Source: a virus
Lineage: Duplodnaviria; Caudoviricetes
Strand: one strand, 5' to 3'
Length of the DNA: 64,000 nucleotides
IMG/VR virus record: IMGVR_UViG_3300044612_001981
Coordinates: 16,900-80,899 of that record
Notes under the pieces: generated by a model
Told to the model about the DNA's origin: nothing
Databases searched by the model: none
The model's input: only the letters and a program-made list of their open reading frames with translations
Shown: positions 7,852-18,700 of the stretch, one piece after another
How the letters are laid out: each line of letters starts with the position of its first letter
Position numbering within the stretch: the stretch's first letter is position 1
Translations under genes and position numbers: made by a program

Positions 7852-10662
7852 TTATACTTCAAGTGCGTCAAGTCTTTGGATTAGAAGATCTATCTGACGA
7901 CTCTGTTTTTGTATCAGCGCCAACATACCTGGTACTATCATATTGGTATTCCATCTTTCTGGAAGACCATCATCGTTGTAGTCTACGGCTGATGGATAGA
8001 CTAATTCAACTTCTTCTGCTATAAATCCAGGTATTAAAGCACCAAATCTTTGGTCAGATTCTGAAAGATGATCGGAATTATATTTAAATGCTCTTACTGG
8101 AATATCTAATAAGTTTTCTGGTTTAAGCAAATCTACAGAATCTATATCAACAATGTCAGTCTTGTATCTTCTACTTGAAGATGTATTTACTCTTAAAAAT
8201 CCACTTGATTGAGTTATAAAGTTTGAAGTAGATGCTGTTCCTAATGCATTGGCATATATGTTTCCACCAGGCAATAACTTTATTTTTACAGTTGTTCCGT
8301 TATCATCATTATTTGATCCATCATGACCAACCATTAAGTTTCCACTAATTCTTACGTCATTCCATCTAAATGATCGTGTTCCCAAATCAATGTTTGGGGT
8401 TCCTGGCATGTAAGGATAGCAGTGTGTAGTCCATCCACCAACAGATGTGTTTTTAAATCCAATGGCTCCTACAGATATTCCTCCAGTAGACACACCACCT
8501 AGCGTTGATCCAGTCTCAAAAAAGTTAGAGGTATTGTCTGTTCCGAAAGTAACCTTACCAATTGTTCCAGTAGCTGCAGAAAGATTTCCAGAAAAAGAGG
8601 CACTACCAGATGAAGAAATTGCAAAAGTTGTTTTTGTGCCATCATATGCTGTAAGTCCTGCTGAATTTAATACAACATATGACCCACTGGATGGTATTGA
8701 TCCTTGAGACGTATTGATAGTAAAATTGCCTGGTGTTATTACTATACCATTAGATGTTATATTTGTGATTTGATTGTTAGCAGTTGCAATTGCAAAGCCG
8801 CCAGCCTCTAGCTTTGTATCTAAAGCTACTTTGGTGGCATAAGTTGTATCTGTTCTTTGTGTCCATGATGACCCAGTCCAAGTTTTAAGGGCATTCCCAG
8901 CATTAGTCTGTATCCATATATCTCCAACTTTTGTGGCAGTAGGCTGACCATCCTGAACAAAGATAGCATTCTTTGTACCAATAGCAGTATTTAGTGTTGT
9001 GTATCCACCTTCAACAGTTATAAGTCTGCTGTTGATTCCTGCTGTTACCGCTGTTGTAGTATATCCATCAATCGTTGATCCAGCGCCCAATCCAATCACT
9101 GCATTTGTTGCGTATAATGTACCGTCTGCTCCTACTCTAAATTTAGCATTAGCATCTGGAGTATTGTTTCCAGCCCACATAACGAAGCTTCCAGAAGACT
9201 TTAAATAAACACTTTGAGCTGCTGTTGATCCAACTTGAATTTGTCCAGCACTATCTAGGATTATATTGTTTTTAGATAAGGTTGTATTTGTTATATTCCA
9301 GCTACCTATGCTTCCTGCATTTGCTGTAATTGTTCCATTTGCTGCAGACAAAGTCACTGAGTTGCTGCCATTTGCAACTTTAAGACCAGTTGAGTTTAGT
9401 GCAAATCCGTTGCCAGTTAGATTACCAGTGGCCGCATCAATTGTTCCGCTATATATTGCTGAGCCTTTTCCTCCACTTGGATTAGACATAAATATGTTTC
9501 CGCTAAATGTTCCGCCTTTTGCATTAATATCTCCATCTATAGTTAGCTTAGCCCCGTCCCACAAAAGATAATTTGAAGTTGGTCCACCAACTTTAAATAA
9601 AGCAGATTGGTTAGAGTCTATGTGCCAGTAGTTACTTGCATTAAATAATAGTCCTCGTTTGCCAGTTTCTATTCCATATCCAAATTTAAAGGCAGTTGAA
9701 TCTGCATCGCCAGCATTTGCCTTTGCTCTAAAAAATCCACTGACATCTACTGTGCTTGCAATATAAGGGGTTCCACCAACAGTAACATTTGTTCCAGCAA
9801 CATAGCTAGACGATGTGTTGTTGTATTCATCATATGTTGCAACTGCTATTTCATAAACCAAACCTGCACCTAATCCCGCAAGCCTGTATGAAGTTCCAGT
9901 TCCAGGAGAGTCCGCATATGAGTAGCTTGACTCTGGAGTAGTTATTGGCCTAAATCTTATTCTATATCCACGGATTCCACCTCCAGTAACTGCTGGCCAT
10001 GATATGTTTGCGTATCCGTTAAACCCTACAATTCCTGTGGTGTCTAGTCCGCCAGATGTGTTTACAGAATCAACGTTTCCTGGACCAGTTACATCTACTA
10101 CAATTGGGTCAGTTGCCTTAAATGGACCAGATATTACACTTTTTTTATGAAAATCTTGATCTCTAGTATCTACACGTATCCATCTATTATTTGTATCAGA
10201 CACCAAGATTGTTGCAGAGTTTCCAGTACCATTCCAAACTAAATACTCTTCTCCCGCAAAAGCTCCAGTTAGGCTTTCATAAATTTGTGCATCTATAAAC
10301 CACTTGTTCTCTGGTAAATTTTTGTCTATCAGATCCCACTTAACTCCATATGAAAGCAATCCAGGAGTTACGACTAAATTTGTAACTGGCCTAGTTAAAT
10401 CTGGGGTGTCTAGCGTAAAAGTAAAGTTTGGAGAGCGAGGACCTACTAATGTTTCTGAAGGATTTTCTGGGTCTTCATATAGATAGGCAAAAGCAAATTG
10501 ATACTTACCTCCTTGTACAACATTGAGTCTCAATCTTTGTACAGTAAAAGATCCTGGAGTTTTTTTGCTTGCATTCGCAGCAGCCTCAGTTGCTGTTGGC
10601 TCTTGGTCTGGTGGGATAACTTCTCCTCCACCGTCTATAACCTGAATCCATCTGAATGACAT
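7852..10662 (-). CDS. tail fibre/spike with FN3 domains and C-terminal intramolecular chaperone (peptidase S74-like)
   Basis: FN3 W...GY...L.GL..G..YE; SSSRRYKTDI...GFIAEEV then coiled coil. Confidence 0.85.
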   Translation of the reverse strand: MSFRWIQVIDGGGEVIPPDQEPTATEAAANASKKTPGSFTVQRLRLNVVQGGKYQFAFAYLYEDPENPSETLVGPRSPNFTFTLDTPDLTRPVTNLVVTPGLLSYGVKWDLIDKNLPENKWFIDAQIYESLTGAFAGEEYLVWNGTGNSATILVSDTNNRWIRVDTRDQDFHKKSVISGPFKATDPIVVDVTGPGNVDSVNTSGGLDTTGIVGFNGYANISWPAVTGGGIRGYRIRFRPITTPESSYSYADSPGTGTSYRLAGLGAGLVYEIAVATYDEYNNTSSSYVAGTNVTVGGTPYIASTVDVSGFFRAKANAGDADSTAFKFGYGIETGKRGLLFNASNYWHIDSNQSALFKVGGPTSNYLLWDGAKLTIDGDINAKGGTFSGNIFMSNPSGGKGSAIYSGTIDAATGNLTGNGFALNSTGLKVANGSNSVTLSAANGTITANAGSIGSWNITNTTLSKNNIILDSAGQIQVGSTAAQSVYLKSSGSFVMWAGNNTPDANAKFRVGADGTLYATNAVIGLGAGSTIDGYTTTAVTAGINSRLITVEGGYTTLNTAIGTKNAIFVQDGQPTATKVGDIWIQTNAGNALKTWTGSSWTQRTDTTYATKVALDTKLEAGGFAIATANNQITNITSNGIVITPGNFTINTSQGSIPSSGSYVVLNSAGLTAYDGTKTTFAISSSGSASFSGNLSAATGTIGKVTFGTDNTSNFFETGSTLGGVSTGGISVGAIGFKNTSVGGWTTHCYPYMPGTPNIDLGTRSFRWNDVRISGNLMVGHDGSNNDDNGTTVKIKLLPGGNIYANALGTASTSNFITQSSGFLRVNTSSSRRYKTDIVDIDSVDLLKPENLLDIPVRAFKYNSDHLSESDQRFGALIPGFIAEEVELVYPSAVDYNDDGLPERWNTNMIVPGMLALIQKQSRQIDLLIQRLDALEV

Positions 10663-11549
10663 TATAAGAATCCTAAATTAATTTTATATTCTATGTCCAT
10701 TTCTACGCCAAGTACTTTTACTATAGGTGTAGACAAAACAGATCTACTTATGAGACCATACTGTGGATTGTATCTGTCATCATCATTAAGTCTTAATCCA
10801 TCTAAAAGCACTGTTGTAGACAGAGATGGTTTAGCTTTTGCTCCGACCTCTATTTTTGTTATTTTGGAAAAGTCGGTATCTCCTGATGACGTAAATGATG
10901 AATTAAAAAGATTGGACAGCTTATTAGTTAACACTTTATGACCAATAGATGTACCTCCAAAAAATCTAACTTCTTTGTAGTTAGAGGCTGAACTATAAAA
11001 TCTTGCATAAACATAGTCTAAGTTTAAATCAGATTGATAAAATGCAAAGCTTATGCTGTCCTCTACACCATACCCAGAAATATCAAATATAGTTTCTAAG
11101 CTATATGATTTAGAGCCACCATTTACAGCAGATATAGAAAAAAATGAAGATCCTATTTTTGGAGATGGGGAAAAAGCTTTTTCTGGCTGATTACCATTAC
11201 TGTCTAGCCAAAATGAAGTGTCTTCAAATGAAGATACATATTTCGAAGAGTAGTCAGTATTTTGAGCAAAGGCTGTTGGGAAAATTCCAATCTCTGAAAT
11301 AATTCCTTCCACATCCGTTGGGAGTATAGCTTTATATACTACAGCATAAGTTGTTTGTCCAGTAGAAGTATTTGTCTGAATGTCTATGCTTCCTAAGCTT
11401 ACTCCAGATCTGTAAAATTCAAACTGTAAGTCTGTGTCATTGACGGTTGGCGCTAATGAGCCTATACCTACTGCAATATCTTTGCTATTGAAGTTAAGAC
11501 CATTTGCTAGATAAGAGGTAATAAACCTTTTACCAAATTTTGTTATCAT
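10662..11549 (-). CDS. baseplate/minor tail protein
   Basis: MIT..GK..I...IAVG.G and ISEIGIF motifs; tail operon context. Confidence 0.65.
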   Translation of the reverse strand: MITKFGKRFITSYLANGLNFNSKDIAVGIGSLAPTVNDTDLQFEFYRSGVSLGSIDIQTNTSTGQTTYAVVYKAILPTDVEGIISEIGIFPTAFAQNTDYSSKYVSSFEDTSFWLDSNGNQPEKAFSPSPKIGSSFFSISAVNGGSKSYSLETIFDISGYGVEDSISFAFYQSDLNLDYVYARFYSSASNYKEVRFFGGTSIGHKVLTNKLSNLFNSSFTSSGDTDFSKITKIEVGAKAKPSLSTTVLLDGLRLNDDDRYNPQYGLISRSVLSTPIVKVLGVEMDIEYKINLGFL

Positions 11550-11935
11550 ATTATTATAGCTCCTTTTACTATGTCGCCTACGCTGTTTTTTACTTCAAAG
11601 GTAACTTTTAATAACCTGTTATTATTTGAGTCGTAGTATATTTCTGGATCAGTAATTACTTCTCCAGAAGAATATCTTTTACCTGTTGCTCCTATCAAAA
11701 CTATATCTTCTAGGTTGGGTGCAATTGCTGGCTCTGGTGGAGGATTCGGTGGCTCAAACGGATCTTCTTCTCCATCTCCTGGGAGCATAGGAAGGGTTAC
11801 TCGATTAGTGTATAAATTAACAACATCATATTGATCTGTTTTTAATACACCAATTAAAGGAGAGTCTAAGGGAAGCTGAACCTTAATTCCACCCGCTATT
11901 TGAGATTTTCCTATTTTAGGATTTTTTCTAGCCAT
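11546..11935 (-). CDS. hypothetical tail-module protein
   Basis: Leaderless-type promoter; Pro-rich linker. Confidence 0.65.
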   Translation of the reverse strand: MARKNPKIGKSQIAGGIKVQLPLDSPLIGVLKTDQYDVVNLYTNRVTLPMLPGDGEEDPFEPPNPPPEPAIAPNLEDIVLIGATGKRYSSGEVITDPEIYYDSNNNRLLKVTFEVKNSVGDIVKGAIII

Positions 11936-11955
11936 ATAAAGATTCTACCATTTCA

Positions 11956-14900
11956 TTAAACATAAATCGACCTGCAGGTTATTCTTGTGGCTGGATCAGA
12001 GCTATAAGACTGGTCTATATCTAATACTATATATTTGCCTGCCGTCTTACCTGCATCTTCTGTAGAATACACTAAATTGCCTGGATAAGATATCTCTACA
12101 ACATCTCCTATTTCGATAATGGGATTTGGGAAAATATCAAGGGTTAGAACAGTCTGTTGTTTTGACCATTGAGTTCTCATCCATTCAGATAATTTTTTTG
12201 CCTCTTCTTCTCTTTGTATCCAAGTTGATTCAAATGCTACTTGCTCTTCATTTTTTGTTGAAGACAGTGCTGGGTCTAAGTACTCAAAAGGGTCTAGAGT
12301 AGTTATTGTTTCGCCAACAACAATAAAACTTTTTTCTCCACCGTCTGCTATATCAACAAATGCACCAGTGTTGTTTAGTATATAGGCATCAATCCCAAAA
12401 GAATTCATATCGTAACCTAATAGTGATACGTTAGGGTTTAAAATTATTTGGGGATACTTAACAATGCCAGGTCTTGTTGAGTATTTAGTAGAGATTTTTT
12501 TTATTTCTCTTGCAACTGGACCAAACTCTTTTATCCATGGAGCTTTGGTATCTGAATTAGATCCAGTAAAAACAAAATCTCCAAATAGGTTTTGCAAAGA
12601 GTTTGAAGATGAAATATACGAGCCATAATTATCATATGATGTATTTGAGTCAAACTCATCTTTAGTTAAAGCAGAAGCATATGCATAATCAAAGGCGGAC
12701 TCTCCTTCAATTCCAATTAAAGAAATGTTATTGCTTATTGCTACAGGGTCGGTATCTGTTATTATGATAGTCTGATTGTTAAATTTAATTTTAAACTTTA
12801 AAGAGCCAGCTGTTTCTCTAGAAACTCTAACATCTATTCTATAAAATTTGCCTCCAGAAACTCCAGTAATCGAATTGTCTTCAGCTGTTTGTGAATCTTT
12901 AAGCGGTGTTTGTTTTCCATTGACTATTTTAAACATCTGAACATCTCTATGATTAATTCCCTTATTAGCTACATTTTGAGATGTTGACATTCTTAATACA
13001 TAGCCATTGAGGCTAGAAGAAGAAAGTCCTATTCCTAAGCCAGCTGAAACTGCTTGCTCTCCAGTCACTCTTCCAAATTTATCTTTAATAAATTTAAAAA
13101 ACAATGCTGTTCCAACAGAGAAATATTTTTCTGTAGAAAGATTTACAGTTGATGCAGTTGGAGTAATTGATGCAGCATAGTATTCTGGAGATTTTGGAGG
13201 TGGGACAATTGTAAGAAGTGATCTTGATACTTCTATATTTTCACCGTCTGGCATCTTTTCGGTCTGCTTTAATGAGAATACTGATTGATCTCCAACGTTA
13301 GTATTTGCACTAAAATTCATTCTGGATCCAGTCCATTCGTCCCTTAGATCGTTTATGTTTACTTCATGAAGTTCTCCAACCCCCACACCCTTGCCAGTGG
13401 CGTTGAATGAATTTCTTTCTTTAATTCTGTATTTTAATGTTGATTTAAAACTTCCTATTTTACTTTCTCCCAACCACTTTGCTATATCTGAATCAGAAGT
13501 TATCCATTTATAATCTATTGCAGGTGTTCCGCTTATTGGAGCATACATAAATTGAATTGCATCATATTTAATAATTTCGTTATTAAGTAAAAGATATCCA
13601 GACTTATTATAGAAAGATGTATCTGCTAGGCTGCTGTATGCACTAATTGGTGCAAGGGAAACGGTGCCTAGTGGTGCATCTTTTTCTGGTGGCTGGGTTG
13701 GCAGTAATTTTTTTTGTAGAGCTGCTGCTCCTATTGCGGACGGAGGAGAAACATAAAGATTATCAGACGAACCTGAATAGTTCGTGCTTATTATTGGGGA
13801 GTATATTACTTTAACTGCTTTAACAGAAGGAACAGTTTCTTTGCTAAAAGATATTATATTGGGAAGATTTAATAATTTCTTTTCGCTTCTAAATTTAAAA
13901 ATAGACGCTCTAGTTTTATCAAACAAGTAGTCTCTAGGGTAAAACTGAAGAACATCGTTATTGTCAAATGTTGCTATCATTTGGGTGTCTCTGCATAAAT
14001 CTTGTATATGCTGCCAAACTGTTTTTGTATCTTCTGTATACCAAAATAGGGGGACTATGGTAGCAGTATCTGCTAAGTCTGTGCTATCTTTGTTATAGGT
14101 ATTAAATTTGTATGAAGTAAACCCTATTCCATCTAACAGCCTTCTAATAATAGCTTGAGATGGAGCATTCTGAATAACAATATTTGGAGCTAATATTTCT
14201 TGTAAAAACTTTGCCCCATCTAAACCTTGTATATCAATTTCTCCAAATTCGGATATAGTAAATGAATCAATATAGAATACTCCCTGGTAAATTGTGTCCG
14301 CACCTATTTTATGAAATGGTAGCATCTTTACATTTTTATATAAGTTAATATTAGACTTATTAAACGCTATAGTTTTATCGTACTCTATTCCCTTTTTATC
14401 AAATCCTTCTAAAGATAAAGACATTGCGTTTGCTGTAACTGATCCAACTGGGACAATTCCAGATGAATCATCCGAAGACATTTTTGAAATTTGAAAAGAA
14501 GTTACTCTATCAGAAACATCTTGTATATACCTTGCTCCAACTTCAATAACTCCAAGGTAGGAGTTTGCTTTGTTAATTGTGCTTACAGACACAGTAATAT
14601 TTTTAATATCTATTGGGGCTGATGGTGTTGTAAACTTTGTAGTTGACCATGAGGATGCACTTGACCATAGCCCACCATTGTAATAAAGCTGAACTAATCC
14701 ATCCTGTGGAACAACTGCATTTGTAGATATTGTTGCTTCTACATCAGCATAATTTTTTATTTTAATAGACCATGTGACTGGTTTAGAATATGAGGTTTCA
14801 AATTTAACTACTATTGTATTTGTAACGGCTGTCTGTGATGCTGGATACTCTACGTTAATATTGCAATTGACTAAAGAAAGGTTCTCGGCTGGTCCAGCTA

Positions 14901-15282
14901 GGAAATACTTATATTGGTTTTTTGCGCTAGCAAAATAAAGTCTTGTAGAAAGCTCTTTTGAAACATTATATTTAGGTACAGGAACTGGAACCATTTTATT
15001 TAATAAGAAATAACTTATTCCTGCAGACGAAGGTCTTCTTGGATCTATTATATTAGTTAATGGGAATAGTTTTTTATATGGATAGTATTGCTTACCAGTG
15101 GAAGAAATAGTTTGTGTTATTTGAAGGTCGCCTTCTGGATTTGCATCTGTTCCATTTGGCCCTCTTACTTTAGCGCCATTAATTAAATCATTCATATTAT
15201 ATTCTAGCCAGCATCCGCCTAACATTGAATATGCTTCAGATGTATTTATTTTATCTTTAGTTGCTTGACTTACTTCTATCAT
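11956..15282 (-). CDS. large minor tail (hub/central fibre-like) protein
   Basis: Second gene after TMP; C-terminal P.IE.GDVV.I...Y.V motif; start at 15282 by TAATG overlap. Confidence 0.7.
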   Translation of the reverse strand: MIEVSQATKDKINTSEAYSMLGGCWLEYNMNDLINGAKVRGPNGTDANPEGDLQITQTISSTGKQYYPYKKLFPLTNIIDPRRPSSAGISYFLLNKMVPVPVPKYNVSKELSTRLYFASAKNQYKYFLAGPAENLSLVNCNINVEYPASQTAVTNTIVVKFETSYSKPVTWSIKIKNYADVEATISTNAVVPQDGLVQLYYNGGLWSSASSWSTTKFTTPSAPIDIKNITVSVSTINKANSYLGVIEVGARYIQDVSDRVTSFQISKMSSDDSSGIVPVGSVTANAMSLSLEGFDKKGIEYDKTIAFNKSNINLYKNVKMLPFHKIGADTIYQGVFYIDSFTISEFGEIDIQGLDGAKFLQEILAPNIVIQNAPSQAIIRRLLDGIGFTSYKFNTYNKDSTDLADTATIVPLFWYTEDTKTVWQHIQDLCRDTQMIATFDNNDVLQFYPRDYLFDKTRASIFKFRSEKKLLNLPNIISFSKETVPSVKAVKVIYSPIISTNYSGSSDNLYVSPPSAIGAAALQKKLLPTQPPEKDAPLGTVSLAPISAYSSLADTSFYNKSGYLLLNNEIIKYDAIQFMYAPISGTPAIDYKWITSDSDIAKWLGESKIGSFKSTLKYRIKERNSFNATGKGVGVGELHEVNINDLRDEWTGSRMNFSANTNVGDQSVFSLKQTEKMPDGENIEVSRSLLTIVPPPKSPEYYAASITPTASTVNLSTEKYFSVGTALFFKFIKDKFGRVTGEQAVSAGLGIGLSSSSLNGYVLRMSTSQNVANKGINHRDVQMFKIVNGKQTPLKDSQTAEDNSITGVSGGKFYRIDVRVSRETAGSLKFKIKFNNQTIIITDTDPVAISNNISLIGIEGESAFDYAYASALTKDEFDSNTSYDNYGSYISSSNSLQNLFGDFVFTGSNSDTKAPWIKEFGPVAREIKKISTKYSTRPGIVKYPQIILNPNVSLLGYDMNSFGIDAYILNNTGAFVDIADGGEKSFIVVGETITTLDPFEYLDPALSSTKNEEQVAFESTWIQREEEAKKLSEWMRTQWSKQQTVLTLDIFPNPIIEIGDVVEISYPGNLVYSTEDAGKTAGKYIVLDIDQSYSSDPATRITCRSIYV

Positions 15283-15731
15283 TATACTTCTTCCAGTGCT
15301 ATAGATACATCCCAAAATACTTGTTTCCCGCTTGCTGGACCATCTGTTATATTTCTTCTAACCATGGTTGATGAAAATGATGTAAATGCGGCAAGGAATG
15401 TCTCTGATCTTGTATCATTGTATGCAATTTTTACATTAAATGTTCCCTGTCCTTTAGCGCTTAAATAAAAAGCCTTTAGGTTTTCCGCCCCCCAGTATCC
15501 ATCTACCGTCATGGTGGTGTATGAAGGAAGCATGCTCCAGGAGGTGGACACTATCTTCTTGTCGGCTATAAAGAGCTTTCTAAGGCTTCCATTGGCCATT
15601 CTAGCGGTCTTCTCAAACCTTTCGGTATCGACTGATATTGGAGACCTATTATGCTCACTTAGGGCATGGAAGACTCCAGCATCGTCTTGTAAAAACAGTG
15701 CTGCTCCTACTGGCAAAACTAAAGATGGCAT
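15282..15731 (-). CDS. distal tail protein-like
   Basis: Directly after TMP; R.ANG.LR motif, ends LEEV. Confidence 0.65.
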   Translation of the reverse strand: MPSLVLPVGAALFLQDDAGVFHALSEHNRSPISVDTERFEKTARMANGSLRKLFIADKKIVSTSWSMLPSYTTMTVDGYWGAENLKAFYLSAKGQGTFNVKIAYNDTRSETFLAAFTSFSSTMVRRNITDGPASGKQVFWDVSIALEEV

Positions 15732-18700
15732 TATATATTCTTCCCCTGTCCTACCATTTTAACATTAACCTTGGCCTTTTGTCCAATAACAACTTCAGCC
15801 TTTTTAACAATCATATTGGATAGGGCTTCTACATCCATTCCTTCAGATGCATATATGTTTTGGTTAACAGTATAAGATGCTCCAGATGAGCCTTCTCCTC
15901 TTATGCCAAATGAAGGTCTATCAAAATTATATCTAGGCATTGCCGCTTCTGGATTAAATGGATTCATTGAGGCAGGAATTATAGATTCATTCTTGTGTAT
16001 CATTGCCAACATATCTTGTGGTACTACATTTATTCCAGATTCAAATTTAGGAACATTTACAAGTCCGCCAAGTTTCATTTTTACTGCTCTTAATACATAT
16101 TCGTCTAAAGTTTCAGTAATAATTTTTCCTTGACCAGGAACAATATTCATCATATGAACACCAGCTTGATTTTCATATCTTGAAGATTGTGCGCCGCCTC
16201 TAATTATTTGTTCTAATATAAATCTTGTGTTTGGGCCTATTAATCCTTCGTGAGATAATCCCTGTGCTTCTCCTAATACACCAATATCTGATATTCCTTT
16301 AACGTTAGGACCAAATATAATTCTTGCTATGGCACCAGATCTTCCGCCACCTGTTCCTCCAAAAGCACCTATTGCTGCAGCGGCAATTTTATTATCAGTA
16401 ATTGATCTTACAGTAGGAGCAACAAATGATTCTCCTATACCAATTTTAGATAAGGCCTCCATGTCTATATCACTAAGACCTCGGTATGAAACAGTTCCTT
16501 CTGGTATGGTAAACCGTGATACTAGTTGCTCTATACCGCTCTTTCTGTAATCAAGGTGTCCTGTTAGAGGCATCTCCAGAAATTCTCTTAAAGCGAGTAC
16601 TTCACTAGGGGTAATATTATATTTTTCTGCTCTTGATATTCTATCTAACTCAATTTCATTTTTGTATTTTTGTTGGTGATATTTCCAGAAATCGTCGTTT
16701 TTACTATGTTTGTCAAAAAGCTGCTTGTCTGGTGAACCTGGGGTTTCATGTACAGATTTATATATTGGCCCTCTAGTCTCATTCCAGTATCTGCCACCAG
16801 CCATCTTAAGTGCGTGTGTTTCTTCATCAATTGCCACCAACAATTTATGAAGCTGTAAATAATCTGGATTAGCTTCCTCTATTGCTTTAAATTCATTTTC
16901 TCTAAACGTGTTCCATTTTTTAGCTTCGTCAATAGCATCCTGAACTTCTTTGGTTCTAGGGAATGGTGCAGTTTCTCGTGTAGGAGGAACTATTTCATCT
17001 GCAGACGCCGCTACTTTTGGCCTTACTGTAGATGCAATTCTGCTTTCAAGAATAGATTTAGATGAGGTAGCGGCTACGTTAGCTGCAACTCCAGTTAGAG
17101 CTTTTGTACCATATGTTAGGGACCCTGTTGGCAGAAGAGTTTCTAGTCCTACTACTCCTAATCTATTAATACCATACGCACCGACTGCGCCTCTTACTGC
17201 TGCACTGCCAACTGCGCCTCCAAGAAATAGTGAACCAACGTTTAATGAGCTTAATCCATGATTAATGAGCAGTGCTTTTTTAGCCTCTGCATCTAAGCCT
17301 GCATTTTTTAGATCTTGAATTTGTTGAAATTTAGCTCTATTGTTTTGACTTAAAAAGAAAGGGTTTCTGCTGCCCTGGCCGCTTTGGTACATTGCGTATA
17401 ACCAGTCAGCAGATCTTCCAGTTTCTTTAACTGCTTCTTTTAAGAAATCCCAAGTCTTTGAAAGATTGCTTCTTTTGTCGGTTGGGGGAGCATTTCTACC
17501 GTGTCTGTGCCCAACTGGCCCACCTGCGTGGAACATAAGTGGGCCAAACCCATAAGCACCATTTCCAATACCGCCCATAGAGGCTCCAGAGCCTGCTAAG
17601 CGCATTGGATCTTTATCGATACCCATTCCTGGACCACGTGATTTGCCTGGCTGCTCTTGCATTTGATGCCAGTAATCTGATTGTTGTGGTGTTTTTCCAG
17701 TAAACTTAAGACCTGGAATTTCTGTTCCGCCCCAAATGTCTCTACCACTTGAAGGGTTGTATCTTAGCTCTCCCCATCTTCCAGTGTATGGACTTCCAGT
17801 TGGCTTTCCATCACTCCAGTAATTTGGTAGATCTGGTCGCCATGGGAAAAATGGAAGTTGCTGACGAATGCCACGTCTTACTGGTCCGCCATCTGCAAAC
17901 TTTTCTGCATTTAATGCATCGAAGGTCTCTACGCCATATTTTCTTACAGCCTTTTCTTTAATTACATATTCGCCGTTTGAAAGGTAAGCTGGAATAGAAT
18001 CAGATGTTCCTGTTCCTGCTCCTCTTATATGTCCACCAGCTGCTAGGGCAGGTGTTTTTGGAGCTGGCCCCATCCAGATTGGAGTTCCGCCAGTAGTGTT
18101 CTGTTTATACCTTTGTCCATCTACTATAAATGTTTCTCCTGGCTGTAGATCAAGTCTCTTTCTAATAGCATCACGAGCTTCTGCGTTTAAAACCTGTACC
18201 TTTTTGCCGTCGTATTCTTTAGTCTCTTTACTATCAGAATAATCTCCAGTTACCTTAATGTTTTCTCTTAGTGCTGGCTTTCCGTTTATACCCTTTACTG
18301 CGTCCACCACGTCTTTAAGAGTTTTACCATTTTTACCGCCCTTGATACTATCTGCAAGGGCTTCGTTTACTCCTGCACCCGCACCAGCTTTTGCTAAAGC
18401 CTCTAAAGCATTTTCCCATGGGGCAACTGGAACCTTTTCAGTAACTAATTGACTTCCGTTGTAATATGTTCTTTCCTTATATCTTGGCATTGCTGCACCA
18501 GTTGCAGCTTCCATGGCAGCTACAAAACCTGCTGCTGCTTCTTTATTTTTCTTCATATAATCTTTAACTGATAGACCTGCTGCTGCTGCATTACCATAAA
18601 GAGCAGTCATTGAATCATTTACTTTTTTGATTGCCGCTTCTTGTTTAGAGTATTTATCTTTTAATTTATCTAAACTTTCAGCCGCAATGGCCGCAGCGTC

